This document shows positions 18,459 to 29,963 of a stretch of DNA of 64,000 nucleotides, piece after piece. The stretch is from IMG/VR virus record IMGVR_UViG_3300049259_000212. One strand, given 5' to 3'. Both the position numbers and the translations under genes were made by a program. The notes under the pieces are model-generated. The model saw only the letters and a list, made by a program, of their open reading frames with translations. It did not search any database and was not told where the DNA came from. Source of the DNA: an uncultured virus (IMG/VR IMGVR_UViG_3300049259_000212). Lineage: Duplodnaviria > Heunggongvirae > Uroviricota > Caudoviricetes. How positions within the stretch are numbered: the first letter of the stretch is position 1; the number at the start of each line of letters is the position of its first letter.

Positions 18459-18971
18459 TCAGCTCAGCTCGTCGGCAGTGGCGTCGTACACGATACGCGC
18501 GGGCGTCGGGCGTGCTCGCAACTCCGCGATCTCGGTATCGATCTTCGCGAGACCTGCAAGCAGGTCGTGACGTCGATTTTCTAATACAGCGATCTCGACA
18601 AGCGACGGCAACGGCTGAGAGCGCAGTGCCTTGATCTCGAAATCGAGCTTGATGACAGGCGCGAGTAGCTCTCGACGGTGCTTCTCGAGCATGGCCAGCT
18701 GCGCCTTTCGCTGACGACGGGCGTGCTGCTCATCGAGTCGCTGCTGCGCGCGGGCGGACAGCAGCGCAGCATGTTCGTCAACTCCCGCTACAGCGGGCGC
18801 GGGAGCACGGTTCGTTTGAGCAGGTGTCGACGACGAATTCGAGCAACCGATGCACGTCGTGCTGAATGTTCCGCTGCTGAGATCAAACTCGCGCAGTGGT
18901 CGCGGCTGACGGCAGCCGATACAGAACCTCGTCACAGCCCTGATATTACACTGAAAATCGCGGCTCGTCAT
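18459..18971 (-). CDS. Zinc-finger plus coiled-coil protein
   Basis: CIGC...CIGC; duplicated LE.xRxxLLA....D.EI..LR segment. Confidence 0.65.
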   Translation of the reverse strand: MTSRDFQCNIRAVTRFCIGCRQPRPLREFDLSSGTFSTTCIGCSNSSSTPAQTNRAPAPAVAGVDEHAALLSARAQQRLDEQHARRQRKAQLAMLEKHRRELLAPVIKLDFEIKALRSQPLPSLVEIAVLENRRHDLLAGLAKIDTEIAELRARPTPARIVYDATADELS

Positions 18972-18996
18972 AATTCAACAGCTGCCTCTCGGTTCT

Positions 18997-19566
18997 GATC
19001 TCCCCCTAATTAGGCGATCCTGCCCTTTGTTCCCCCGGGGAGGGATCAGGAAAGTAGATGGATCCATTGTCCTTCCTCTCTGATCCTCCCCTGATCAATA
19101 GGATCTCTATAGAGTATAGGGAGGCCACAATATCCTGCGCCCGCGTGGCAGCCGGGGTATCTCTACAGAGTCCGTGATCGGGGGGAGAACAGACAGCCAC
19201 CAGTCACCTGATCAAGACCAGAAAATCGGTTTTATATCAATGGTTTGAGATATCTTCCGCGTGTTCTGTTCTCCCCCCTCCCGTCTGATTCGACTGAATC
19301 AGTTTCAGTCTTAAATCAAAGCCCCCTAACGGTGTTTTCGGGCATCCGCTTATTTAAATTGAGGAGCCTTCGCACAAACTGCGAAATATGCAGGGCAGGA
19401 TCAGAACACCTCGATTACGTGCAGTGAGCGTACCGAGATCTGATCGAGATCTGATCGAGATCTGATCGAGAAGTGATCCCGTTAGCGATCTGGTCGCGAT
19501 CCCCCTTGCGGCGCTTAGATCGGCTCTGCTAACGAAACGCCCTCGTGGACGAGTTCGGCCCTGATC
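18997..19566. other. GATC-rich, ORF-poor divergent intergenic region; putative replication origin
   Basis: About 20 GATC sites counted by eye in ~570 bp; AT-rich tracts; lies between divergent genes at the start of the replication module. Confidence 0.5.
19434..19471. repeat. Tandem 11-bp repeat (cgagatctgat) x ~3.5
   Basis: Exact copies at 19434, 19445, 19456 and a partial copy at 19467. Confidence 0.9.
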
Positions 19567-19853
19567 CATCAGCTCTCGTGCTGGAGCGCCTCACCAAGGC
19601 CCTGGGCACTGTCTGCGGTAAACTGCGCGCGTCGGACGCGCTCGCGCTCGCAGGCTTCGATCAGCCGACCTATCGCCGTGCGCAGCTAGTGAAGCGCGCG
19701 TTGTTGTCGCTGGGCTGGGAGCGCGGACGCTTTCGCTACAACGGAACGCTGCTCTACGCGTACGCGCGCGGAACGCCTCTTGAGCGTGAAGTGATGTTGG
19801 AGGTCTGTCGCGATGCCGACGACCGTCTTGTCGTGAAGCGGATGCTGCCCTGA
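19545..19853 (+). CDS. Stand-alone paralogue of the primase-helicase C-terminal (wHTH-like) domain
   Basis: ALG...GKLRASDA...RALLSLGWER.R.RYNGTLLYAYARGT vs ALG...GKLRVSDA...RAIRDLGWER.R.RFDGVLEYAYVKGT in 47342-49528. Confidence 0.75.
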   Translation: MDEFGPDPSALVLERLTKALGTVCGKLRASDALALAGFDQPTYRRAQLVKRALLSLGWERGRFRYNGTLLYAYARGTPLEREVMLEVCRDADDRLVVKRMLP

Positions 19854-19858
19854 TCGGA

Positions 19859-20686
19859 ATGGCCATGACCAAGACTTCGAAAAAAACTGTTTCTGCAAAA
19901 CCGCAGGGCCTCGCGATGCACTCCGCTGCTTCACCAGAATGGGGGACGCCCCCACTTCTGCGAAGCTTCGCAGCGACGGTCCTTCGTCCAGCGGCAATGG
20001 GCGCTCGCGCAATCGATCTCGACTATTCGAGCTCGGAGTACTGGAACCAGTGGTGGGAGGAGAACGATCGCCCTCACGCGTTTCTTGATGGAAGCAAAGG
20101 TCGCAACGTGCTCATCGACGCGGATCGCCACAACGCGTGTCCGCGCATCGGTTCGGGATTCGAGAACCCGCCCGGCATTGGCGGTGGGGACATGGTCCAA
20201 GCGTGTTGGACGGTGTTCGAAAAAGATCATCGAGAGCACAAGATGCGCTCGGGCTGTTGGATCGGTTTCTCGGTCGAACAGTTTGGCTCGTTGCAGAACG
20301 TCGCGGAGCGCAATCCGCTTACCTGCGACGCGGAAGATCTCATCACGACGATCGTGCCGAGTCGTCGTGCTCATTACGTGGTTCATCCCCAAGACCTCGT
20401 TGCGATCGTGAAGAAGAAGCAGGCACGCCGCGACAAGACGAGCAAGCAGTGGGCTGCTGAGCAGCGTCTCCTTCAACGGCTTCGTGCTCGGGAAGACGAT
20501 CGTCCTGTGGATGCTGGGGCGCCAAGCCATCTCTCCTACGTAACCCTCTTGTGGAACCGTGATCGTGCGGTTCGCAATACGCAAATGAAGGCTGCATCGA
20601 CGTTTCTCAAGGAGCAGCAAGCGAACTCGAAGTCGTTGCTCTACAAGTTCGAAGCGATCGGTCCGTTGGAGTTGAAGGCTCGCTGA
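19859..20686 (+). CDS. Putative phage-type DNA N6-adenine methyltransferase
   Basis: SPEWGTPP, IDLDYSSS, FENPPG resemble the phage Dam family layout (W.TP / DLD / NPPY); the catalytic motif is atypical (NPPG). Confidence 0.55.
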   Translation: MAMTKTSKKTVSAKPQGLAMHSAASPEWGTPPLLRSFAATVLRPAAMGARAIDLDYSSSEYWNQWWEENDRPHAFLDGSKGRNVLIDADRHNACPRIGSGFENPPGIGGGDMVQACWTVFEKDHREHKMRSGCWIGFSVEQFGSLQNVAERNPLTCDAEDLITTIVPSRRAHYVVHPQDLVAIVKKKQARRDKTSKQWAAEQRLLQRLRAREDDRPVDAGAPSHLSYVTLLWNRDRAVRNTQMKAASTFLKEQQANSKSLLYKFEAIGPLELKAR

Positions 20687-20883
20687 TGCCGGGCAAGGAC
20701 GTTACAGAGACCATCGACTCGATGACTCCTGTTGTCGATAAATGGCGCGCGAAGTATGGCGAAGAGATCGCGCGTGAGTTGATCCGCGCATATCTGACTG
20801 GCGTCGATGATGCTCTCCAGAACGTAATGGCGCTTGGAGCGGGTTCTCAACACGTGCTCTATGAACGTCTGAAGGGAAACTAG
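20686..20883 (+). CDS. Hypothetical protein
   Basis: Overlapping stop/start with upstream gene. Confidence 0.55.
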   Translation: MPGKDVTETIDSMTPVVDKWRAKYGEEIARELIRAYLTGVDDALQNVMALGAGSQHVLYERLKGN

Positions 20884-21207
20884 ATGAAGATCGACCGCGT
20901 CATGCTACGAAAGCAGGCCGAGGCGATTTCCCGCGTGACGGGCGTGTCGCCATGGCAGCTTCAGACCTCCAACTCGTTTCGTCGCATCGGCACGAAGCGT
21001 GGCGGTGATGGTGACGTCCTGTGTGGAGTGAAGCATCCGATTGATGCGCACCCCGATCTTCAAGCGGCGCCAGGCGTGCTCGATTACATCGTCGCAATGC
21101 AGCCGCTGGTCGTGATCGATCTGCTTGATCAGATCGATGAGCTTCGAGCGATTATCGAACAGGTCGCGCCAGGACGTCTTCAACGTGGCGATGGGAGTCC
21201 ACTGTGA
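20884..21207 (+). CDS. Hypothetical protein
   Basis: Adjacent to flanking genes. Confidence 0.6.
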   Translation: MKIDRVMLRKQAEAISRVTGVSPWQLQTSNSFRRIGTKRGGDGDVLCGVKHPIDAHPDLQAAPGVLDYIVAMQPLVVIDLLDQIDELRAIIEQVAPGRLQRGDGSPL

Positions 21208-23138
21208 AGAAAAAAACAAACGGCTCTCTGCACCTGGCTCCTGATTTTTGGCTTGCCGCTGACTACATCGTCGGAACGGCCGGTATCTTCGCGACCAAAG
21301 GAATGGGCAAAACGCATATTGCCCAAGTACTCGCGGAAGAGATGCTCAAACGCGGCCAGCCGATCGTCGTCATCGATCCGACCGACGCGTGGCACGGCCT
21401 CCGTTCGAGCGCCGATGGAAAGAGCGAGGGCTATCCGATCGTCGTGATCGGTGGCGACCATGGGGACCTGCCTCTCGAACCCGGGGCAGCCGTCAAGCTT
21501 GCTGAGGCGGTTGTCGCGGAGCGCTTCTCGTGTGTCATATGCACCGACGGCCTCTCCGACGCAGCAGAAGCTCGCTTCGTCCGCGAGTTTCTCGACACGA
21601 TCTATCGCAAGAACCGCAAACCTCTCCATATCTTCGTGGACGAGGCCGACATCTTCGCGCCGTCGAAGCCGTTTGATCCCGAGGACGCGCGCTGCATCCG
21701 GGCGATGTCTCACATCGTTCGGCGTGGTCGTAAGAAGGGCATCGGCACGACGCTGATCACGCAGCGACCTGCCGAGCTCAACGCGTCCGTGCGCACGATG
21801 ATCGAGATGTTGTTCGTGCTCGGCATGCTCAACAACCTCGATATCGAAGCCGTCGAACGCTGGATGCGTCTTCGCAAGAAGAAGCGCGGCTCTAACGCGT
21901 CGTTCGAGCTGCAAGAGGAGATGATCGAGTCGCTCGACACACTTCAACGCGGCGACGCGTGGGCGTGGGCGCCGCGTCTCGGGATCCACAAACGGTTTCG
22001 TGCTCGAGAGAAGATCACGTTCGATTCGGGCGCGACACCCAAGCCGGGCCAGCGAATCAAGGCACCGAAAAAATTCGCACCGGTGGATCTTCAGCGGCTG
22101 GGCGACGCGATGACCGCGGCTGTCGAGCGTCAGAAGGCCAACGATCCGACGGAGCTTCGAAAGCAAGTGGCTACACTCCGCAAAGAGTTGGAGCGTACCG
22201 GCAAGGGACAGGATCGAGCCGAGTCGAACGAAAAGAGTAGCCACAAAGAAAACTTTCAGCTTCGTACGCATGTCGCAGAGCTGGAAAGACAGCTTTCGAC
22301 GAAGGTCAAAGAACGGACCATCGAGGTCATCAAAGCAGCAGACCTGCGCCGTGTGGAGGCTCTCGTGAAGAAGATCGACAAGCTCATTTTGCGCATCACA
22401 GGCACGAACGCCGATTTGGAGCTGCACCTTAGCGGTCTACGCGCCGAAGGAGCCAAGCTTCAAGAGATCGCGACGCGCGTCACGCAGCTCAAGGGCAAAG
22501 ACTCGGGTGCTCTGGTCGGCGAGGTACTCGCGCTCGTCCCGAAGTCGCCCGTGTTCGCGAAGGTACCCATGTCAGCACTTCTTCCGTCCAAGGCGGTGAA
22601 GACAGCAAAGACGAAATCGTCCGCCGTTGCTGTGGTGGATGGTGAGTTCAAGTTGCTACCCGCGCATTTGCGCATCTTGACGTCGATTGCATGGTGGGAA
22701 AGCGTCGGCATTCCGGCGCCGGATCTCACGGGCGTCGCATTCATTGCCAAGACGACGACGTCCTCGTCCGCATTCAACAACAACCGTTCGCGCCTCAATG
22801 CGGCTGGATACATCCACTATCCGATGCCTGGGCATGCTGCACTATTGGACGCGGGCCGTGCGGTCGCTCCACCGCCTGATCTACCTCCGACAGACGAAGC
22901 TCTTCAAGAAACGATTCTTGCGAAGATGCAGCCCGCGGTCGGCAAGCTGTTGCGTGCCTTGATCGAGACGTATCCGAAGTCGCTTCCCTTGGAAGACTGG
23001 GCGACGGCTGCTGGAACGAGCACCACCTCAAGCGCCTTCAACAACAACCGTTCGTGGCTCAAAGCGCGAGGACTCGCGACGTATCCGCAGGCGGGCTTCG
23101 CTGTAGCGACCAAGCTGCTGTTCCCGGAGGAAGCGTGA
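21204..23138 (+). CDS. HerA/DUF87-type P-loop ATPase with coiled coil and tandem C-terminal wHTH-like repeats
   Basis: ATKGMGKT Walker A, VVIDP, IFVDEAD Walker B, GRKKGIG...ITQRPA; SSAFNNNRS occurs twice. Confidence 0.85.
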   Translation: MKKKTNGSLHLAPDFWLAADYIVGTAGIFATKGMGKTHIAQVLAEEMLKRGQPIVVIDPTDAWHGLRSSADGKSEGYPIVVIGGDHGDLPLEPGAAVKLAEAVVAERFSCVICTDGLSDAAEARFVREFLDTIYRKNRKPLHIFVDEADIFAPSKPFDPEDARCIRAMSHIVRRGRKKGIGTTLITQRPAELNASVRTMIEMLFVLGMLNNLDIEAVERWMRLRKKKRGSNASFELQEEMIESLDTLQRGDAWAWAPRLGIHKRFRAREKITFDSGATPKPGQRIKAPKKFAPVDLQRLGDAMTAAVERQKANDPTELRKQVATLRKELERTGKGQDRAESNEKSSHKENFQLRTHVAELERQLSTKVKERTIEVIKAADLRRVEALVKKIDKLILRITGTNADLELHLSGLRAEGAKLQEIATRVTQLKGKDSGALVGEVLALVPKSPVFAKVPMSALLPSKAVKTAKTKSSAVAVVDGEFKLLPAHLRILTSIAWWESVGIPAPDLTGVAFIAKTTTSSSAFNNNRSRLNAAGYIHYPMPGHAALLDAGRAVAPPPDLPPTDEALQETILAKMQPAVGKLLRALIETYPKSLPLEDWATAAGTSTTSSAFNNNRSWLKARGLATYPQAGFAVATKLLFPEEA

Positions 23139-23185
23139 TTACCGTACAGGACAACCAACGCGCTACTCGCGCAAAGGAACCACGA

Positions 23186-26100
23186 ATGAAGATCCACTCG
23201 ATCGAAGTCATGACCGACGCGGGAAGACGCGTCATCCAGCTCGGCGCTCCCCTTGACGTCGATCCTGAAGGCGAGATGCCTGCGACGTTTCGCGAGCTCA
23301 CCGAGTTGCTGTGGGGTGCAATTCAGCAAGTGGCCATTCACGCCGACGCGCTTTCCGCGTCTGTGCCAAAGGCGGAGGCGTAGATGCAGCCAGGATACAC
23401 GCCAGGTGATGAGCCGATGTGGTGGTGGAAGGTCGCCGCTGCTGTCGACACCGCGCAAATCGCTCTTGCCAACGCGATGGCGCATAACCTCGACGATCAG
23501 CGTCCCTTGTTTGCGCTTCAGGACAAGCTGACTCAAGCACAAGCGATCCTGCTCGATATCTTTCGCGCGAAAGGACTCGCGGGAGCTGGTGCGACGAAGG
23601 CCCCGGACGTGCCGACGACGTCACCGCAACCCTCTGTTGGATCGCCACCTGCGCCGGTGATCTTTTACGGGAAGGCGCCTCTTGTAGATACAAACGGGCT
23701 CAATACGTCGAACGCGCAACCGCCGCCGCCACCGCCGCCAGTGATCTTCTACGGCAAGGTGCCGCCTGCTCCGCGTGTTTCCGTACCTGTGGTTTCGCCG
23801 CCTCTGGCGGCGCCTCCGCCCGATGATGGCCTGGACGCTCCTGTTGTCATTTCCGCGCCCGTTTCGTCAGCAAGCGAAGCGCCGAGCGCCGCGCTGGCAC
23901 CAGGCGGAGAATCCCCGACGTGATCATTGCCGACGCGATACCGACGACGTCGACTCTCGAAGAGATTGAAGAAGTCGTGGATAACGCCCGCGCGTTTCTC
24001 CGCGCATCCACTGGACCGTCTGAAGCTCTTGCGTTCGCCGCGGCCGTCATCGATCTGTCCGATCGTTGCGTGATCGGCGTTCCCTGTAAGCGCCACAGTC
24101 ACGTCGTGCACGGCAACGAAGCGGAAGAGCTTCGCAAAGGCGTCGAGCTAGCGCTCATGAACACCGCAGACGTCGTCGATGACGACGCACCTGACGTTCT
24201 GCGCTCGCTGCGCAAGTCGCTCATCTTCCTTCTCGACCGCATCGACGCACGCGACAGCGTTGCCTTTCTAGAAGCCACGTCCACAACCAATCCGCAGGAG
24301 ACCTGAGATGCCCGAAGCAAACATGACCAATGGAACGAACAACAACGCCGCTGCCAAGACGCGCTCTCCAAAGGGTCCGATGACGGCGATCGAAGCGATC
24401 ACGAAGATCGGAAAGATCTTGGAGCAGCTCTCGCCCGCAGATCGCAAGCGCGTCATCGACTTCGTGAACGTTCCGCTCCCGAGCGCCGAGTAACCAATAC
24501 CGTCGAGGAGTACGTTATGCGGATCGTCAAAGAGAATCTCGTCGGGACGATGATCCGCATAACGTTTCGTCACGACGGCGCGCCATACTGCCGCGCTGTT
24601 GTACGCGGCATCGGTCTTCAAAATTCAGGGTTCCTCTTAGCGGCTCAAATCACGGAGGCCGAGGAAAACTGCGGCATGAACGTTGGTGAGCTCACGCAGT
24701 TTTCAGTCGTTGACGAGTACTGGACTGTCACGCCGGAGACCGAGTCCACATGCTGAACTTCGGTTGGAAGAAGGCCGTCGCTCAGTTGAAAATGGTTATC
24801 TTGTCCGGCGCGCACGCGGTCGCGAAGGAACTCTCTCCGGGACTTGCGCAGATGCTCGTGCTGTATCGCGACGCTGCCGTGACTGGTGACTTGACTGGTC
24901 TTGAGCAGCTCGTCGCGCAAGATCGCGCGATCTTCCAGCCTGAGCCGTTGTGGGAGCCTGCCGATGTCCATGGGTGGACCATCCGAGCAACGCTGTATCG
25001 TCAAGATGGCGACCTTTGGTGGCTCGTGCATGCGATTCGCAAGAATCATCGATCGCCGAGCGACAAGGACATCCTGTTTCTGAACAAAGTCCTTGAGCAT
25101 CTTGGAGCTCAACCTACACGCCACGAAATCATTGGGCCCAATGGTCATGGACAAGCGAACGATGGAGCGATGCCGTTTGGTTGGTGGACGTGGAAAAACC
25201 AGGGACAGCTTTACGACATCCAGGCTCATCGCACTGACAAGAAGAATCCGATCCGTATCGTCCCGCTAGGAACGCGACCGACCGACGGCTACGAATCGCT
25301 CAGGTGGTCCGAAGACGATAAGAAGGAGTCGTGATGGACGCACAAACGCGTTGTATCGACTGCGATCATGCCGAGCATGATCACACGCAGTCACGGCGTC
25401 ATCCGCAGATGCCGCCGACCGCCTGTACGCGGGACACGGGTTACGGCAACGTCTGTGAATGTGAAGCATTTGTGGCTCCTGCGCTGCTTGAGCAAGAGCT
25501 TCCAGCGTCTTCGTGGGGACTGCATTGTCACGAGGAAGGCTGCTCCGAGATGCTCGTGCTCACCCGCACATCTGCCGAACCTTCCATGCACGAATTTGAC
25601 TACCGGGTGTTGAGCGCGGCTCTCGACACTGCCGCCATGTTTATGGGCTGGCGTCTCTGGCACGGCGTCTGGTGGTGTTCTCAACACATCGTGCCGTCTG
25701 CGGAGCTGCCGTATGAGTGAAGATGCGGATCGCATCAACGAGCAAGCTCGGTTCGCAGCGCGCGAATTCGTGGCTCGTTTCGCCCGTGAAATGGGCGCGG
25801 CTTTGCCCGTCGTTCTGGGGGAGCGAATGCTATTCGCATACGAGATGGGCTACCTGCGTGGTGCAGGCGATAGCTCGAAGAGAATCATGCAGATGTTCGA
25901 CAAGGAGACACATGACGGCACCGAATGAAAATCCGCAGAATCTTACGCCCAGCATCCTCGCGAATCAGTTGTTCGACGCGGCTCTCGCGCAGGACATGAG
26001 TAACCCGCGTGGCGCCGCACAGCGCGTGGTCGGTTTTCTCACCGATTCCTTGTTCCATGCTGTCACAGCGACTAAGACGGAAGTCGTCGTGTTCTTGACA

Positions 26101-27176
26101 GAGACGTTGATCCTTGTCGCGTCCGCATCGGTTAAGGGCGATGAGGCTGCCCGCAAGGAGCTGCTCAAGCATATCGGCGACACGATCACCAATGCTCCAG
26201 CGATTCCGACGACGGCTGCGGGCGCAGCGATTCCGCAGCCGGTGCGCTGATCATGACTCCACGCGATTTCTGCTATTGGCTTCAAGGCATGTTTGAGCTT
26301 CAAAAAGTAACGAAGCTCGACAACGAACAGGTGACCACGATCAAGAACCACTTGAACTTGGTGTTCGTGCACGAGATCGACACGCCGGATCCGACGGGCA
26401 AGCTGCAAGCCGCGCACGACGGTAAAGGTAAAGCAAACGGCGGGGTCAAGCGCTGTTAGAGCCTGCTGATGACATTCAAGACGATATCCAACATGACGTG
26501 CGCCGTGAAGGGCTGTACCGCTCAGCTCAGCTTGTCGTGGGATCTCCCCTATGATCCCGGTGTGACGATGGGAAGTCCGGGCACGTCGATTGATATAGGA
26601 CTTCGCGCGGCGGCAGGACTGTTCGGTTGGAACACCGATGATCCTCGTTGTCCTCGCTGCGCCTCTGGATTCACGCCGAAAGAACGTCCATGAACTATCG
26701 CAAGCTCGCCAGCATTGTCGCAACCACGTTGATCCCGTCGAGCACGCCGATGGCTCGTGCCGTCGACGACGTATTGTTTGAAGCCGAACGTGCCAAGACG
26801 CGGTGCCCGTGGTGGTGGCACTGGACGATCTCTCTCGACGCGGCAATCACGATCGCACAAATGACTGGCATCCACCGGGCGATGCAAGAGCACGAAGCAT
26901 CCAAAGGTGCGCAGCATGCCGTCTAAGGAGCCTCGCTCCGAGCCGGATCGTCCTCTTTGCACCTGTGGTGCGCCCGGCATGTTCCAGGTGTTGATTCACG
27001 TGCAAGAACTCGTGCTTGAGCGAGATGCCGGAATCTCGGCACGACCGTATTGGACGTCAGCGTATCGAACGGGAACGCGAGTCGATTCGATTATGTGCGT
27101 AACCTGCGTCCGCGCGAACGTGCAGGTGTCGGTCACTGCTAACGCGACTATCGAGAAAGGTCGTGTGGCGCCTTGA
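23186..27176 (+). other. Run of about 13 short coupled hypothetical ORFs (23186-23383, 23384-23923, 23920-24306, 24308-24493, 24517-24756, 24750-25334, 25331-25720, 25713-25928, 25912-26250, 26253-26459, 26469-26693, 26690-26926, 26916-27176)
   Basis: Abutting or overlapping start/stop codons on one strand; several carry CxxC pairs; 23384 is Pro-rich with PVIFYGK twice. Confidence 0.6.
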
Positions 27177-28891
27177 ACAGACCGACGAAAGAACCGCCGC
27201 CGCTGTTTCGTCATCAGAAGGAGCTGTTCGACAAGACGCGGGATCATGTTGCATGGGCAGTTTTGTTCGAGCAAGGACTCGGCAAGACTGCGCCAACAAT
27301 TCGCACGATCGAACATCTCTACACGTCAGATCGGATTGACGCCGTGGTGATCGTTGCTCCGAACGGCGTCCATCGAAACTGGATTAGCGACGAGCTTCCC
27401 AAGCACGCGGGCATTGCCTGGCGCGGACTCGACTGGCATTCGGATCGCGCCAAGGGTCAGGACAAAGCGTTCGCGCGTCTGCTCGAGCCGACGCCGGACA
27501 AGCGCACAGAGCCGGCCTACTTCGCGATCACGTACGACGCGATCCTTACCCCGCGTGGTCGCGACGCCTTGCTCCGATTCTGCATTGGCGAATTGGATCC
27601 GAAAAAAGGAACCCCCAAACCCGGTGGGTGGAAAGCCCGGTTCCCGCGCTTCCTGCTCGTGATTGATGAAGCAAGCAAAGTTCGAAACCCAGAGGCGCAA
27701 CGGACTAAGAAGGTCGCTGCGTGCAGGAAGTTCTCGTCGCATGTGCGGCTTCTCAATGGCACTCCGATCGGAAACAGCGCTCTCGACGTCTATTCTCAAA
27801 TGAAATTGCTCGACGAGCAATTTTGGATTCGCCATGGGATCGGCTCATTCGTGGCATTCCGATCTCGCTTCGCAATCATGCGCAAGATGCAGGTTGGTGG
27901 CGAGGATGATCGATCGGACCGTGAACAATACCAGTACGAGCCCACCGTCGTGCATGACGCGACGCCTGAAGGTGTCGCAGCGTACGAGCAGCTCGACTTC
28001 GGACTCGACGAGATCTTGACGCCGTCGGAACAGAAGCGAATCACGACACCGACGATGGCGACGGGGTCTGTCAAAAAAACAGTAGGCCGTACGATCGATG
28101 TCATCGTGGGCTTTCGTGAACTCGACAAGCTTAAGGAAATGATCGCGCCCGTATCGACACGACTCACGAAGGACGACGCAGGCGTCGAGCTTCCCCCCAA
28201 GCTTTACAGCCGGTTGCTGTTCGACATGCCGGTCGATCAGCGACGGGCCTACGACCAGCTTCGCAAGGAGTACATGATCGAGCTGGAGTCGGGCACGATA
28301 ATCACTGCGCCGATCGCGATGGTGCGTGTTCTACGGCTCCAGCAGATCGCGTGCGGATACCTTCCGAATCCAGACGATCCTGAGAATCCGAAGTTGTTTT
28401 ACAACGACGACGGCAAGAACGCGCGGCTTCAGCTCTTGCTCGAGAGACTTGAAGATACACCTCACCAAGCGATCATCTGGGCAAGGTTTACGCACGACAT
28501 CGACGCGATCACTCGCGCGCTGGGCCCGGCGAAGTGCATCCGGTATGATGGGCAGGTCAGCCAACGTGATCGTGATCGGGACATCGATCAGTTCAAGCAA
28601 GGCAAGAAGAAGTTCTGCGCCGCGAAGGCCTCGTCGATGGGCATGGGGCATTCGCTGCCGATGGCGAAGTCGGTGTTCTACTACTCGAACGACTTTAGCT
28701 ACATCAACCGACTTCAGAGCGAGGATCGGTCGCACCGCCTGACAGGCGGCGGCATGAATGCGGTCTGCTATTACGATATCGTCGCCTCGCGTACGGTTGA
28801 TGAGAAGATCCTTCATTCGCTCAGATCGTGCGATGACGTCGCTCGGGCCGTAACCGGGGACAGTTATAGGAAGTGGTTGAACGAAGACTGA
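27173..28891 (+). CDS. SNF2-family (SF2) helicase
   Basis: EQGLGKT, VIDEAS, LNGTP, LRLQQIACG, QSEDRSHR. Confidence 0.92.
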   Translation: MNRPTKEPPPLFRHQKELFDKTRDHVAWAVLFEQGLGKTAPTIRTIEHLYTSDRIDAVVIVAPNGVHRNWISDELPKHAGIAWRGLDWHSDRAKGQDKAFARLLEPTPDKRTEPAYFAITYDAILTPRGRDALLRFCIGELDPKKGTPKPGGWKARFPRFLLVIDEASKVRNPEAQRTKKVAACRKFSSHVRLLNGTPIGNSALDVYSQMKLLDEQFWIRHGIGSFVAFRSRFAIMRKMQVGGEDDRSDREQYQYEPTVVHDATPEGVAAYEQLDFGLDEILTPSEQKRITTPTMATGSVKKTVGRTIDVIVGFRELDKLKEMIAPVSTRLTKDDAGVELPPKLYSRLLFDMPVDQRRAYDQLRKEYMIELESGTIITAPIAMVRVLRLQQIACGYLPNPDDPENPKLFYNDDGKNARLQLLLERLEDTPHQAIIWARFTHDIDAITRALGPAKCIRYDGQVSQRDRDRDIDQFKQGKKKFCAAKASSMGMGHSLPMAKSVFYYSNDFSYINRLQSEDRSHRLTGGGMNAVCYYDIVASRTVDEKILHSLRSCDDVARAVTGDSYRKWLNED

Positions 28892-28921
28892 TCTGTCAGA
28901 TGCACTCGTTATAGTGAACCC

Positions 28922-29479
28922 ATGAACGAAGCGAAGTCGGAGATCAAGAAGCCCGTGAAGGACGAGTTCTTTGCTGCTACACCCGCGACGACACTTGTCG
29001 ACGCGAAGAAGTGGCTCCGCCAGCGCTTCGGTCAAGGTGCCGCGTGTCCGTGCTGCGGCCAGTTCGTGAAGCTATATAAGCGGCCATTTTCGAAATCCAT
29101 GGCGTACGTGCTGATGCTGATCGCGTCGCACTTCCTAGGTGATCCGGTCGAGGAATGGCTACACGTGCCCAGCTACATTGCGGAGATGGCGTCCGATAAT
29201 CCTCGTCGCGCGGCGGCTGTTCGTGGCGACTGGGCGAAGCTCAAGTACTGGGGTCTCATTGAAGAGAAGCCTGACACCCGCGAGGATGGCAGCCGTCGCG
29301 TGGGTTATTGGAAGATCACGCAGCTTGGAAAGCAGTTCGTCAAGCGCCAAGCGACCGTCCCGTCACACGTGTACGTCTATAACAGCGAAGTTCTACAACG
29401 CGCTGTCGAAACTCAGATCACGATCGACGACGCGCTTGGTACGGAGTTCAGTTACGACGAGATCATGGCGGCAGCCTAA
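28922..29479 (+). CDS. Phage-type protein with CPCCG and wHTH-like C-terminus
   Basis: CPCCGQFVKLYKR...WAKLKYWGLIE...GYWKITQLG. Confidence 0.7.
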   Translation: MNEAKSEIKKPVKDEFFAATPATTLVDAKKWLRQRFGQGAACPCCGQFVKLYKRPFSKSMAYVLMLIASHFLGDPVEEWLHVPSYIAEMASDNPRRAAAVRGDWAKLKYWGLIEEKPDTREDGSRRVGYWKITQLGKQFVKRQATVPSHVYVYNSEVLQRAVETQITIDDALGTEFSYDEIMAAA

Positions 29480-29709
29480 TGCGCGCGCACGCGAATGAAT
29501 TGATCCTCGTTGCGGCTGCCGAGATTGCAGCGGGCGATCTCACCCCGACGCAGATCTACGACAAGCTCTACACGCTGGTGTTGGAGTGCTCGCAGCCACC
29601 TCCTCGGGAAGTACCTACGGATCTTCGTCACGCCCCTCTCGCGAATGAGGTGTTGCCCCGTCACCAGCGCGCGACCTGGGCGCGCGGGAAGACCCTTTAC
29701 GACACGTGA
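29479..29709 (+). CDS. Hypothetical protein
   Basis: Coupled ORF. Confidence 0.5.
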   Translation: MRAHANELILVAAAEIAAGDLTPTQIYDKLYTLVLECSQPPPREVPTDLRHAPLANEVLPRHQRATWARGKTLYDT

Positions 29710-29963
29710 AACTGACGATCCTATTCGATGACGAAACTGCGACGCAGGGCACGCTGATCCAAGAACCTTCATGGATTGAACGTCTCTTCGGGCGCCGCCC
29801 TCGACGTGCGCAGGTTTACTTTTCATCGAGCGGGAACGGCTGGTATTTTGCAGATCGTACGTGGGTCGGGGAGAAACTCGAACTCGCGATCAAAGATGAA
29901 AAACGGTGGCGCACCGTGCTGGAGTTGCCAGAGGCGATCATCCGGGACGCAGGAGATAAGTGA
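29706..29963 (+). CDS. Hypothetical protein
   Basis: Coupled ORF. Confidence 0.5.
   Translation: MKLTILFDDETATQGTLIQEPSWIERLFGRRPRRAQVYFSSSGNGWYFADRTWVGEKLELAIKDEKRWRTVLELPEAIIRDAGDK

Noticed and set aside
19434..19471. Possible CRISPR array
   Set aside because: Contiguous 11-bp tandem units with no spacers; no cas genes seen in the window.
21204..23138. HerA-type ATPase as genome-packaging ATPase
   Set aside because: Its length, coiled coil, wHTH tail and position in the replication/early region do not support this; it cannot be asserted without a phylogeny.
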